DNA of 64,000 nucleotides, taken from the NCBI GenBank assembly GCA_964187785.1, contig OZ076409.1, positions 27,096,001 through 27,160,000 on the forward strand, written 5' to 3'. Source of the DNA: Amphiscolops sp. MND2022. Taxonomy: Eukaryota. The number at the start of each line of letters is the position of its first letter. Position 1 is the stretch's first letter. A model generated the notes under the pieces. It searched no databases and had not been told where the DNA came from. It saw only the letters and a list, made by a program, of their open reading frames with translations. Position numbers and translations under genes: made by a program. This document shows positions 39,868 through 52,880 of the stretch, piece by piece.

Positions 39868-39886
39868 TCCGGGTCAGTAAGGACCA
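39868..39886 (-). promoter_or_regulatory. BEL primer-binding site, tRNA-Tyr-like
   Basis: TGGTCCTTACTGACCCGGA begins 5 nt after the 5' LTR; resembles the TGGTCCTTCGAGCCGGA tRNA-Tyr-type PBS. Confidence 0.7.
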
Positions 39887-39891
39887 ATAAA

Positions 39892-40455
39892 TGTATGATA
39901 AAGCTTCAAAATAATTCAAAAAGAGTTTTTGTTTGAATTTCAAACCTTCAAGACTCGGTAATTTACCGATCAATGTCTTCAATTTTGCTATTTAAGGGTT
40001 AACAAACCTTCTCTGTCGACGGACCACCCACAATTTGTGAGATAAAACAATTATTATAAAAAGAATTGTCCAATTGTTGTGATTCTCAGGTTCAAGAAGC
40101 CAATTTGGCTCAAACATGACATTACTCACAGAAACAGCGGTGAAACTTCAACATAAAATCAACATTAACTCAATGAGAAGTCAACGTACTTCAATTTTGA
40201 TTGGCTGTCCAGCAGCGCGTAGCAGTTTTGATATACTAAAATGTCATCAATCAATAGACAGGGCATCAAACAGACTCTAAAGTTATATCATATAACGATT
40301 ATCAACAAAATGTTTCATAAAAAACTCCTTCAACATAGTTTTAATTATTGCCGGGTCCAATTCTTTCCTTTTGATCCAAAATTGTGTCCCAAAATTTCGT
40401 TCAAGAGGATTTGATATTTGAACTGGAACATGCTCCGAAATTTTCGTTTCTAACA
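39892..40455 (-). repeat. BEL 5' LTR
   Basis: Same length as 33009-33572 and no differences seen by eye. Confidence 0.95.
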
Positions 40456-42834
40456 ACCACTACGCCATGCTCCCCAATACAGTTTCAAATGTGTACAAAC
40501 GGAATACTTTGCTCGGACAATAAATTTTTCCTCTCACACAATATTGGACATTATATTTAATATATTTATTGTTAGCCAGCACCAAATAAATATTAATATA
40601 TATATTTTTAAAATAGTATTTGAATAAAATATTTTAAATCCTTGATTGTGGCTGAAGGCTACCATGAAATATACAAGTAAATAGTTTTTTCATATAAATT
40701 CAGCTCAAAAATTAATAACTGGTGTAGAAAATCTATTCCTTCATCAGTATTCCAGGAAGTGCCCTATTGCGTTAATTTCATGGACAATGATTCTGCTTTA
40801 TTTTTTGGCAGGAATATTGCAAAAAGTTAGATTTCAACTTCGGCTTGAATTTCTGTATTTCTGAGGCTTTTCCGTGCACTGATCGGTTAACTTTCATCAT
40901 CATCATCATCGGTCATAGCTTTTAAAATTTTGATTTTTTTTAAAAAGGAACGCAGCAAAAATTATTTCGTGCAAAAAGAATTACACAGACGTCATTAATT
41001 AAACTTGTGACCATTTCTGATTTTGTGTGATTAATGATTTTGCGAAACTTACTTGGGGTTTTTAGGGTATTTCTGAAGTCATGACTCATAATGGAATAAG
41101 TAAATGACATCCTGATTGAGTTGTTGGAGACAATTGAGTCAGGCTTGTGACTTTGTTGAGTAATTGTAGTTACTCCCAGATGGTGAATGGAAAATACTCT
41201 CTGCATTACGAATCTCGTTTTCATCAATGAAATCAATTCACGTTGTTGAGAAGTTTGTTCACTCCCGCTTCTTTCAACATTGTCAAATGGAACGAAAGAC
41301 AATGACGTCAGACAATTCACGTGTACTCACTCCTGAGAAGCAGCATCATTTGAATGGATATTTTTGAATGATTCATCAAAAACTACGCTGTAGTGCAGGT
41401 GAAAAATTGGTGAAGCGTAAAATGATTTGAATTTAAAAGCATGAAAACTCAAAAGGTACTAAAATTCTATGAAAATTAGCGTAATAACAGTTTGTTGAAA
41501 TTTCATGTAATTTACATGATGTTTGAAACACCATGGTTTATGCAATGATAATATTGGAAAATCAACAAACAAGGCCATTAAAACAGTCAATCAGTATATA
41601 GGGAAAATCAACATTTTCAAATTCACTCTACCCGAAACAACATTTTAAACAATACGATACATCTTGAATGACATTAAAATGAACAACAACTACCGGTTGA
41701 TTACTTTAGAGGTTGCTGAAAAATCACAACAAAAACAACAAGAAACGGATGTACTCTAACATTATCATCACGCAGTTTCGATTGATTTGAAATTAACAAC
41801 TGGAGCGAAAAATACTCAAAAATAGTCGCACAGTTCCGAAAAAATCCAAAGGGGACCCTTTGACACGTCAAGGTTTGCAAACGAAGATATTTAGTCCTAG
41901 ACAGACATCGAACTGACAGCCGTCTGCTTGGGAAGCGCCCATGCTAACTTCCTGGCGACATGAACAAAAACTGTTGAAAAGTGGACCATGCGCATACATT
42001 CTGTGGTCTTACAAAAAAACTAGTCACTGTAAAAGTCGGGCATATTTTCTTACAAAATGCGTCGACTAAAAATAAACTTGCATGTATACTTTTGCATTGA
42101 TTCCACCAGGAGTCCTAACTCGTGCATAGGCTTCAATTATCAAAAAGCCTTGGAACGAAATTTTTAAAAATTAAAAACATCAATATTCTTTGCATGAATA
42201 GGATAAACATACCTGTTTGAGTAAACGTCGTAGATAAAATAGACAAAACTGACCTCAAGAAAGACCAATAATTTTAATATCATCTAATATTTATCTTTTT
42301 TGTGGTCTTGGAGGAAGTTTGTTCTGGGGTACCACCAGGTTTTTAAAAAGCTAATATCTATTAGCTCGTGATTTGCTTAGGATTGATAACTCCTATGCTC
42401 CTCTGAAGTGTTTAAAGTCGACGACCCTGGTCATTCGAGATATTGAATGCGTTTTTCAGGCGAGGAGACTGTTTCGATCATTTCAAAGAAGACGCGGTAA
42501 CAGGAGAAAAATTGTATTTCAAGATAACAAGAGTCAATTTGTTATATGTGAAACGCCCAATTTAATTTTTCCCAAGTGTTGTGTTGCGATGTCATGTCGT
42601 CCATTCAGAAGGATCGCCGGATGCTGAATGTGACTCAAGAATTAAACATTCAACAGTTTTAAACTTCAGGTAAAAAAGACATTACAGCGTTAACTGATCC
42701 AATCATTTTTGCGCGAAGCCCAACCAACAGAACTATGTTTATTACGTTTCTAGACCATCAGATTAGTGAAAACAGCTGAAAAGGCTGACTATAGCGTGTT
42801 TTGTTAAGGCCTATTCGGCAAACCTGGTGTTCAC

Positions 42835-44190
42835 TTAGAAGACGATACCTCTCATCACTTTGAACATAGGTTCTGGATTGCCGTCAGCGATGTAATTGTT
42901 CGAATCGGTTGAGACAGAGTAGATCCCTTCGAGAGTTTTATCAAACTTCCATTTTGTGCGAAAAGATTCTAAAATACTTGAAACGCATCACCTCACCAAA
43001 CAAACACCACAAACAGTTATTCGCAAAAAATTTTAGTCGTAGAGACATGAAATTTGGCGCTCGTATACATGAGCATTAGGGCGGCCTCTTTATGAAATTG
43101 GAACCCCACAGGGAATGAGATGATCGCGGCTCCAAGCTATTAGCATCAGAAGTGCACTAAGTGGATCTCCCTACAGGAGCGTCGGCAAAGCTTGGAATTA
43201 GTCGTGCTATATCGATTGTCCGGATTGCGTGCCCGGAACAAAAGAAGCACGTGACTTTGGCTTGTAGTAGCTCAAACGGAGTGCAATAACGGTTGTAGTC
43301 GAGTGCTAGCGTGAATTGAATTGTATTGGCAACCAGTCTGGGTTACCACCATAAGTAACCCAACCAAATGCGAGCCTTGTAACTCGGATACTATTAACGC
43401 CCGGACCCTTTAACACGACATGTAGGAACGTTAGAGAACGTTCAGACACGGATGTTTTTCAAGGCCACAGGCGGTATTCGATGTCACCTCAAAAGGACGA
43501 CCCTGAACATTTGGCAAAACTGAATTAGGATATGTAAATCAGCGTAATTTTCGTGATATTTTATGCTTCTACTCACGCGAGAGGATTCGCGGCGGACCGT
43601 ACTCATAATGACGGAAAAGTATCCTCCAAATTTAGAGAACCTGTACACCATGTAAGCGAAGGCCATTGAGCGCTTGTCGCTCTTTAAAGTATATCTTGCC
43701 AGACTTGAATTATTATGGAATGAAAACTTCAGACAAGTCGTTGAACTTTGTATCATTCGTTGCGAATAATGCTTAGTCGACGTATCGGGAGGTTTTATAG
43801 GGACGTTCGCTATACCCTAGAAGGATATTTAAATATGACGGTGACAACATGCAAACTTAAGACGTTAATGCCCCGTAATCATAATATCGAGAATGAAAGA
43901 ATGTGAAACTGAGACCGCGAGAAGCTCTTGCGATGAATAAATATAACAAGAGGAATTGAAACCTACTTGAACGACCACAACCAAGTTAGACACCTGTAGC
44001 TAGTTGAATTTTGTTGAGCCGGAGAAAAGGTATTTGTTCAGAATGACATTCGCTCTCTTTTCGCCCGCCAATTCGGAGTTTGAGACTGATGACACTACCA
44101 GTAAAATCGTTAGTCATTTTGCAGCTCTCAGAGCTGGAATATTGAAGCGTACAAGTGCCTGTATCGTGGATCTTGATATTAGATAGCTCT
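42835..44190 (-). CDS. Possible two exons of an unidentified gene (~44190-43994 and 42968-42835)
   Basis: Phase-1 donor ACAG|GTGTCT at 43993 and phase-compatible acceptor TTTTAG at 42969 give ...KIQLAT|ESFRTKWKF...MRGIVF*. Donor is weak and no homology is recognised. Confidence 0.25.
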
Positions 44191-45003
44191 CTTATACTTG
44201 ATTGATGATTACAAAAAGTCGATTTGATTATGACATAATATGTAATGAGGTTGTTAATTTTCTCGAAGAACCGAGCAGAGCCGAAGAGCATATCAGAAAG
44301 AAAACTAGCGAAGCATAGAGACCTTTCTGATAGAGTTAGATTTTTGCGAAAATGTCTCCGTTCTCGAAATATAAATTTTCTACTGGTGTTTTATTGCTCT
44401 TTCCAAAATACATTTAAAAAGTATTGCACCCAGAGCAGCGGATTCCAATCAAACTAAAAAAAATTAAGGAAGAAAATGGGTCACAGATTTCAAGATACAA
44501 AAGTACTTTTCAAGCTCAAATTAGCGATCTCTCAAAAACACTTTTGTTCATGAGTTGTTCTCTAAATTTTATCCAGAGATGATTTTTTCCAGTCAACCTA
44601 AATACAGTTGCTACCTAATGGTCTCATTTCCGAACAAAAACAATTTTTTTTTACAAATGTAACGGGTCTCGATATTTCTAGGATGATATCCTGTCAAATG
44701 AAAACATGCTTGTTTTTAACTCCGTGAACCTTTCAAAGAATCTGTAAGCTCATTTACCTAAAGTTTAAAAAACCTAGTTGAGTTAGTTGAGAATTCTGAT
44801 GCAGCCCTTTATTTTAATTAACTAAGATCACGTTTGGGTTTGAAGAGCTATGATAAATGTTGCTTCATAGTTACAGCATATATAATTAAGGAACAAGAAT
44901 ATGATTGTGAAATGCTCAATAAATATACCAGCTCTAAAAATTCGAATTTCTTAGAGCATGATAGAGGATGGCGTTTGAATTACATGCTTTCACTCAATAT
45001 ACA

Positions 45004-46078
45004 CCCGGGTTGACCCTCTTACTAGCATCTTGGCTGTCTTGGCAAGATCTTGCCAAATTCTTAGTACATCTTGTCAACCATGGATCCCATGGCAAGATTC
45101 TTATTAAGATCTTACTAAGATGATACTTATTCCAAGATCGTATCTTATCACGATGAACAAAATTTTAAGATTATAAAAAGACTATACCTTCGGTACAAGC
45201 AGCCAAGGCTCAATCTAAAGGCTCATTTCACCCAACAACGACTATTTCTACTCGTTTTCATAATCAAAATGCTTAAACCTGCTGAAAAAATTTTGCATGC
45301 AAAAATGTGTGAAAAATTACGATAACGTATTCTGGCTTCCGAAATTTTGACGAGAATCCTAATAACTGCTCACCTGTTTAGGACTGAGAAATGCGAATGT
45401 ACCAAATGGAAGGTCATTTCAAGGGCTTTCCAAAACTTGTAATTTATCACTCCTGTCGATTCCAGAGACGGAGATATATGATCTCAAACGTCCAGACCCA
45501 CTATCGGAAAGTTACAAAAGAAAGACCTTAAAATCCGGAAATTATTGTGAATATCATATTTCCAGCTTTATTTGAGCCTGTTTCAGCAGCCTTATTACTG
45601 CTAGAAACCGCGGTCATTGCTCTATTTTGGGTAATGACAGCTCAAGGGTTATCTGACGCCGTTGTTGGCGACAGTTTTGCAATTGAAAAAGAAATCGATA
45701 TCGAAATGGTTGTAAAAATCATTCAGTAATTTTGTTTTGAGTGATGTCTAGATTATTTTTGCATAACTCTTAATTTAATGGTTTTCTGATTCTACTTTTT
45801 CTCGATATCGAGCAGTTCGTAGCAATTTTTTTCTTGCCATATTCGGCTTCTTAGTTAGATTTTTCTTGCCATATTGGGCTTCTTAGTAAGATTTTTCTTG
45901 CCATATTGGGCTTCTTAGTAAGATTTTTCTTGGAAACATGGCTCTCTTGATAAGATCTTACCATGGCATCTTGCAATTCTTGACAATATCTTGTCACGAT
46001 CTTAGCTAAGAATTTTCCAAGATCTTGGCAAGATCTTGCCAAGATCTTACTAAGATATCCATGGAGGGTCGACCCGGG
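45004..46078. mobile_element. CMC/EnSpm-like non-autonomous DNA transposon
   Basis: TIRs CCCGGGTTGACCCTC / GAGGGTCGACCCGGG; 2-bp TSD CA; subterminal CAAGATCTT repeats; three ~31-bp tandem repeats at ~45830-45930. Confidence 0.8.
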
Positions 46079-46862
46079 CAACCAGCAGCGAGATTTTTCA
46101 GTGCTCCTTTGTTCATGGTTTGCTTTTCGCCACTGTGGTGTTGCGATCTTCCTCCGTCTATCAAAGAATTGGAAAACCAGGCATTTGCATGCCGCCTCTG
46201 TTGATCACAATGTCTGATTTCTGATTCGAAAGACAAAAATGTTGCCTGTAAAAACCCGAGTTCATCTCTGGTGAAGTGAAATCTCAAAAAAAATGGTGCA
46301 AATTTTCAATCTTATCGGAAAGTTTTGTGGCACTGTAAGAAATCTTTTTTGTCTCATTGCAACTGTTTCAGGAAAACTGAAACAGATAAAAAGTTGCGTA
46401 TGTTTTCTTAGCTATGCACATCATTCCATACAGTATGCATTCTAGCGTTGAAAATACAATCAGCTGAAAGTGATCTGAAGTGAAGTTGATGCAGGCGTTG
46501 GAGCAGTCGAGTCATTAGAAAGTCAGCTGTTTTTTGTTCTTTGAAGACTGAAGAATTTGGGAAATATTTAGATAATTCGGCCAGATGTCTGCACTAACAA
46601 CCAAAGCCACTCCAGCTCAATGGTCTGTTTACATTCCGCTTTTATGCCAACTGTCGACAGAACAATGAGGCTAAACTAAGCGATTGTTGTTGTTGTTGTT
46701 CAAAACTAAGCGCAACTTTGCAGAATAAAATGACTTCAGGGCTCCACAGGTAGATGTTTTGTTTTCTCAACAACGCTGCATTTTCTGCAAGCGAAGGTAT
46801 CCCGAAAACAAAGTTGATATTCAACACGATGATATATTAACTTGTTACGGAAAAATGCATCA

Positions 46863-46920
46863 CTTTGGTCAAAACGCTAAAAAAATCTCAGCGGAGATTT
46901 TTTTAGCGTTTTGACCAAAG
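46863..46920. repeat. Perfect inverted repeat, 27-bp arms with a 4-nt spacer
   Basis: CTTTGGTCAAAACGCTAAAAAAATCTC-AGCG-GAGATTTTTTTAGCGTTTTGACCAAAG. Confidence 0.95.
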
Positions 46921-47532
46921 CGCGCTCATAAAGCTCATAAAGCGCTTTTGAGCGCGCTCATAAAGACAAAGAATCAGACCTACAAAATATAGAATGTCAA
47001 ATTTTCAAGTTTAAAATGCTGTTTCTGGTCTTGAGTTGATCCAGTACATATGATTGGTCTAAAATACCTCTTAGTGAATTTGGTTTAGCTTCATTAAAGA
47101 AATCAATTTTTTGTTTACTACAAAAGGATGAGAAATCATTTAGGATACTCAGGGAGAGTTCGGTATGTTCGTCATATAAGTCATATAAACCCCAAACTTT
47201 TGACCACCAAAAATTCAAAAAAGGGGGGCTTATACGCCGGAATATACGGTACCAAAATTTTGACGCAAAATTTCGACCCTTTTCTCAAAAAAAGGACAGT
47301 ATTGTTTAAAGTGATAAGCAAAGTGACCGCGACTTGTGGTCAAACAAACATGACTGAAATTAGATGATCAGCAGTTGTCTGACAAAAAGCTCCAAAGGTG
47401 AGTGTAGAAGTTGACACGTTTCGACGAAGATGAACGACGGGTCACCTCAAATCTTTTCAGTCTGTTAAATGATTCCACATTTAGATTTCGTGCACGAAAC
47501 TGAAAGTATTTGTGATAAATCTTCACAGGTAT

Positions 47533-48159
47533 CCCGGGTTGACCATCTTCGCATGTTCGATTGCGGAACGATCACACCAAAACCTTAAACGTGATCGTAC
47601 CACAATTCGTTCTGCTATTGGCGTGATGACGTAGCACGAACGTACTCATTGTACTGCAGAAAGCAAGAAACCTTGTATAGAGGATGAACACTCAATTCAC
47701 AGGGAAATATTGACACGTATGTACTGGAAAAGCTTTAAAAAACAGAAATGGTTTAAAAGTAAACGAACTGGAGAAAATTTCATGCTGGATTCTTTCCGAG
47801 GTTTTGACATGTATTCAAATTGAGTTTGGTTGCCTGGCCAACTGTTTCGAAATGAGTTCGGAAATGGCAATGATACCACCGGGCAGAAATATAGGATTAC
47901 CTCTAAACATTAATCATCAAAAAATCGAAATTTTTCCACAAAAACCGACATTCAAGGGTCGACCGAAGTGCTCCCAAGTTGAGCAACCGCACAGATCAAA
48001 AAATTTTGAGTTAAATGAAATCTAGTCAAGTGCAACATTTTAGTACCAGGAATATTAGAAGATGTTTTTATCGCATTTTGATTTGTAGTACGAATAGTAG
48101 TACGAGGTGAATGATTGATACGATCGCCGTGATAGTACCGCGAGGGTCGTCAATTTGGG
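47533..48159. mobile_element. Degenerate CCC...GGG-terminated (CMC-like) element
   Basis: Left end CCCGGGTTGACC matches 45004; imperfect right TIR ...GTCAATTTGGG; AT on both flanks. Confidence 0.5.
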
Positions 48160-51100
48160 ATCTAAGCGAAATTTGCTGAATCCAGAACAAAAATGTTGTG
48201 ATTGAATAAAATCAACTGAAGGCGGCGTTCAAGCCTCGAACGACAGTTTATGGAAATTTCTTTCGAAGTTCAACGATTTGCTATTCGGTATATCTTTTGA
48301 ACTTCATATTTCACTTCTAGATGTCAAATTCCTTTCTTTGAGTTCGCGATGATAACTCACGTGATGTTCATCTAGTTCGATCGTTTCGCTCAGAATCTGT
48401 ACTTTGGCTGTTCTTGTGTACTCACCAGAGAGACGAAAAACAAAATGCTGAAATTTGAAAACTTCTGCAATTTTTTTTGAGTTTTTCTTTAGTTTTTCGT
48501 TTTATCATGTCACATGTTGATGGTCCAATGAAGCCTATATGTTTTTCCGAAAACTTTTCGAATTTTCGTATCTACGGTGGTTTGTTAATGCCTTGTTTGA
48601 GCCAAATTAGATATTGTGTTCTAATACTCAGTGGTATAAGTGCACTTCTTCCGTTTTTTTAATCCCTCCCGAAGTTTATAATTGATTACATTATGTATCA
48701 TTCCGGCCCAATCTGTTTCGTCTTGTTCTGAAAAGTGATTTTTAACTGGAACAAAACTCAATGGATTTTTAAAAAAGTCTCAAGAGCAGCCGAGGATTCC
48801 CAAGTATTGGTGCCACTTTTATCCTTCCAAGTTATGGACCAGTCATTACCATTCCCGAAAACCCGACCGTTGAAATCACAGGTGTTATCTGCTAAAAAAT
48901 GCAAAACTCTTGTGCAGTCCGGGAACCGAACTCGGACTTTGTGGGCGAGAACACATCATAAACCTTACTTTAAGTAGGAATGAGGATTTTCCCAAAAGTT
49001 ACCAAGAACTGTTGTCACGATGTGCAAACCTAAAGACATTCTTTTTTCCAGTTTTTCTTTGAAGAGAAATAACAATATTGCAAAATTACTGCAAATCTGA
49101 ACGTTTGGCTATCATTTTTTAAAGAAGAAATCCTTTAGAACCTTTTTTCTTCTTGTGTTATGTTTAACAACTAAATTGTTTACAAACTGAAGCCCGTTGA
49201 AGGGCTGAAAATTTTCCTTCAGCAACCCAATACTGGGTTTGTCATATTTGCTTCCAAGTAGTGACGTGGTTGCATTTTTCCAATTTCCTACCCAATTTAT
49301 ACCTACCCATATACAGATTAATCTATCAAATTCAGATACTTCAACGAAACGCCCGCAGAGCAACGGAATATTTTCCGCCCCGAACTACATTAGCTACGAT
49401 AGTTTCTGAAGGCTCGACCGTGAAAACTTCTACACCATTCTACTCATTTCACGCCTCGCCAGGAAATTACAAGAAGAATGTTTTTTCAACTACAGTGCAC
49501 TCAATTGCAAACTTTTTGTTATTGAAGTCCATGGATATTCATACTTGAAAAACACGCGAAGATTACCAAAGAAGCATGAGAAAGACAATTTTCGGCTCTT
49601 GATTGCGTATTTTTTTGTGATTAAAAATATATCGTCACCTTCCTCATTATGCTAAAGAAGCAATTACTGTATCGTCGAACACTGTCATTATGCAAAGCCA
49701 CCTAAAAGTTCAAAAAGTTACCGAAATTCAGTAAAACGGTTTAAATAGGAAAACAGATGGTATTTGAGGGCTGGTTTTTTGGGGCCTATAGTGAAAAAGC
49801 TTCCACTCTCTTCTGAAAACGTACTCCATAGTTTTTTTTGTTCGTGTCGTTCAATTCTGGATACTGCCAAACACAAAAATTTTTGAAAAAAGTTCAAGAA
49901 TTCCCACTAAATTGTCAATATGGAAACGTTTGGATTTTTTGCACTTTAGTGGTTTTTTGAAATTTTTAACTTACGCTTTTGTCCTAAAAAGTATGCTACA
50001 TGGAGACTTAGTTCATTTCTGAACATGATTTGTAATAAAAACCACCAAAGTGTCCAGAAGTTGGAAAAAATTTCATTGAAATGTCAAAAAGTTCTTTTTA
50101 CTTTTTTTGTGCACAAAAAGGTTCTTTCAAATAATAAAGTGATGATTGCTCAATCAAAAGGTCTCTTGAGCCAGTTAATACTTTGTTTTCGATCATACAC
50201 ATAATAAGATTTGAAAAATGTACTGAAACTGCTGGAAACAGTAGAATATTGATTTATTTTGGGAGGCTTCATTCTGTAAACTTGGAATTCCCATTATAGT
50301 CTAACCCTTGAAAACGTTTTAAAGTGTAACAAGACGCCCGCTAAACGCCGGGATATTTTGCGCGTTGTAAAGAAATCAGGCGAAGGCGAGATTCGAACTC
50401 TCTATCTACTGATTGATAGGCTGGTGCACAACAACTGAGCCATGGTAACTCAAATAGAATGCTTGCTTGCTAACTAATTGTTTGGTAACTAGCTGCTTGC
50501 TATTACGCATGCTTGTAACTAACTGAAAGAGCAACTAAACAACATGGAGATCATGGAGCTGTAGCAGAATTTGGAAAAAAAAACCAACACGGATTATAAT
50601 TTTCGCTCCCCTACACAATGAATTGTGGGGTGGAAAAGCTTCAACTTAGTGGTCAAGAACTAGAACTTTTTCAGTTTGGTCGCATTTGAATGTTTTTTGT
50701 CTATAAATTCCAATTGTTGTGAAAGTGCATCAGATTCCTTTTCAATTCGTTTCGATACCCGTGATTGTTTAAATATGTCTTTAAACGTTCCGAAACATCG
50801 AATAGTGTTTCTAAAGTACTCAAAAAACATCAGATTACTTTTCGTATTAGCGTATGGGATAGCTAGCTCGTTTGTTGTTGAGCCCTTTGTATGTTCTAGT
50901 TATTCAAAACCTACTATAGGGTTGATTTGAAAACTTGAAATTTCTCTATTCATTTTTTGGGGTCAATTCGAAACGCTTTCCAAACACAATGGTTCAGATT
51001 TTTCTGCATAAAAGCGTTTTGGATTGTTTGTTCCATTGGAATCATTTTGGAACCCACGTCGTTACACTTTCCGATGAGCTGACCGTTACATTTCAATTTG

Positions 51101-51286
51101 TTTTCGAGATATTTTGACCAAAAAGCTTAAGACAAGCAAAAATGTTGAAAGCTCACCATTTCTGTGAGTCTGCACATGATACAAAATCTCTTCAATTTTT
51201 AGATTTTCATCTTTTTTGAGGAGAAAAGTTCCTGGAAATATAAAAAATAGTGAACAGTGTCAAACTTACAGATTTTGAAACTGACG

Positions 51287-52545
51287 TTTTTGGTCGACGC
51301 TTTTTGTGAAGCAAAAATGCCCGACTCTTCCAGTGACACATTTTTCTTTTTTCTTCTCCAGATCACAGAAAACACACTGAAAGGGGGTCCATTTTCCACG
51401 GAATTGCTCTAGGCCTTCCTAATTTACAAGAAAGCAATTTCGGGTGCTTCAAAAGGTACCGCTTTTGGCTACCATACTTTTTAAAGCTTTTGTTACTAGA
51501 CAACTGAGAAGGTTTGGTGTTACTGTTTGTTTCGGCATTGTGAGATATTTTTCGTGAGATATGTCGCAAAAGTGTCCTCTCTTTGCTTAATTTGATTTTC
51601 TGTACCCTACTGGATAATAAAAAAGTAAAAAGAGTCCCATCTTTTGCGTTATTTGGCACGGCGATACTTTTTTTTGAGAAAAATTCATTTATGCTAGCCA
51701 AGGTAGAGGAAATATCCAATGGTCCCATCTTGGGGTTTTTTCGGTACCATGCATCTTTTGTGTTATGTTTTTGAACAACCGAGTTGCCCGCCTTCTGTTT
51801 TCAGAGTAACAGTGTTTTGAGATCATTGAGGGCTTCTTAAATTTTCCGGCAATATGCTACTTATTGAAGACATTTTTTTTAAAAAAATTGAAACCAAAAA
51901 ATTTAAAACGTCTTTTGTTCTCTTTTTTGAAGCCTCGTTTGATACTCGTTTTTGAAGCCTTAAAGGTGACACCTTCGGTTATTGTTTGATCCTGTGTGAC
52001 TGATGAGACGTTTTTCAATACTTTTCAAAAGAATCTACTAGTTTTTGGCATTGTGCGACTTTTTTGGTCCAAAAAGTTTCGATCGGTCAAAGTGTACCCC
52101 TTTATTTTTGAGGAAGTTCTTGGCTTGTAAAAAGCATTTTATCAGCTTAAAGCTCCCTTTCCGGCAAATTGAGACTTATTTCAAACAAACAACTCTTTCG
52201 AACTTTTTGTCCAAAAACTTCGGTTCTCAGATTTTTCCAGTCAGAAAATCCGCTTTTTCAGTCTTATTTGCATTCCCTTCGGGTGTTTTTTGGCTCTGTA
52301 AATGTGATAGAATTTTGACAGTAGTGTCCTTTTGCGTATTTAAAAAAGTGTCACTTGGGTTTTCCGGCACTATAAGACTTTGCTTCAAAAAATGAAAATT
52401 TTTTCATTATATACGTTTTTTGTATGTTTTCAGTTCAGAAAAAGCCAAGGGTACACCTTCAGTTATTTTTGGCCTCCGCTTATTGCAAACCTTTTGCCCT
52501 TTTGGAACTTTGAGCGGGGTGCCGACTTGACCCGTTCCCGGCTTG
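51287..52545 (+). mobile_element. HINE-like element, same family as 6391 and 18076
   Basis: 5' TTTTTGGTCGACGC...GCCCGACT fold-back nearly identical to 6391-6431; 3' GTGCCGACTTGACCCGTTCCCGGCTTG. Confidence 0.7.
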
Positions 52546-52843
52546 CTCCGAGTCCTTCCATAAAAAGCATGAGCTCAAAAAATTGCTATTTCCAAAATGA
52601 AAAATCATCTTATTGCTGTATTTTTTTCAATTTTAAAAATCTCTACCATTTTTTGACCAACATCTAAGACACTTTTACTCCAGTGATTTTTTTCTGAAAT
52701 GCATGTTCAAAGATTTGTTGAGCTCTTCCGTTTTTCATATGTGAAATTAAATGTCTTTAGCGTTTTAGTACCGCTAGTGTGCTTACTGACAGACATTTTT
52801 CAACTAGCAGCGGTTCCGTTTTTTGTGTAATATTAGTATCTAT

Positions 52844-52848
<5 letters not shown>

Positions 52849-52876
<28 letters not shown>
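52849..52876. repeat. (TC)n microsatellite abutting the Gypsy 5' LTR
   Basis: Pure TC run ending at the LTR's terminal TG. Confidence 0.9.

Positions 52877-52880
<4 letters not shown>

Larger units (their letters stand above)
33009..40455 (-). mobile_element. Full-length BEL/Pao LTR retrotransposon, 7447 bp
   Basis: Two 564-bp TG...CA LTRs; 5-bp TSD ACCAC at 33004-33008 and 40456-40460; PBS, PPT-like tract and BEL-type gag-pol. Confidence 0.97.

Noticed and set aside
40940..41400. 126-aa minus-strand ORF and nearby splice-like signals
   Set aside because: No homology cue and no coherent exon chain could be built; may merit an RNA-seq look.
43040..43990. Telomerase RNA, rRNA, group I or group II intron
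   Set aside because: No extended CCCTAA template, no universal rRNA motifs, no convincing P7 or domain V signature.
51995..52040. Hammerhead ribozyme at CTGATGA (also ~3975, ~30132, ~30320)
   Set aside because: No stem II followed by GAAA and no flanking helices.
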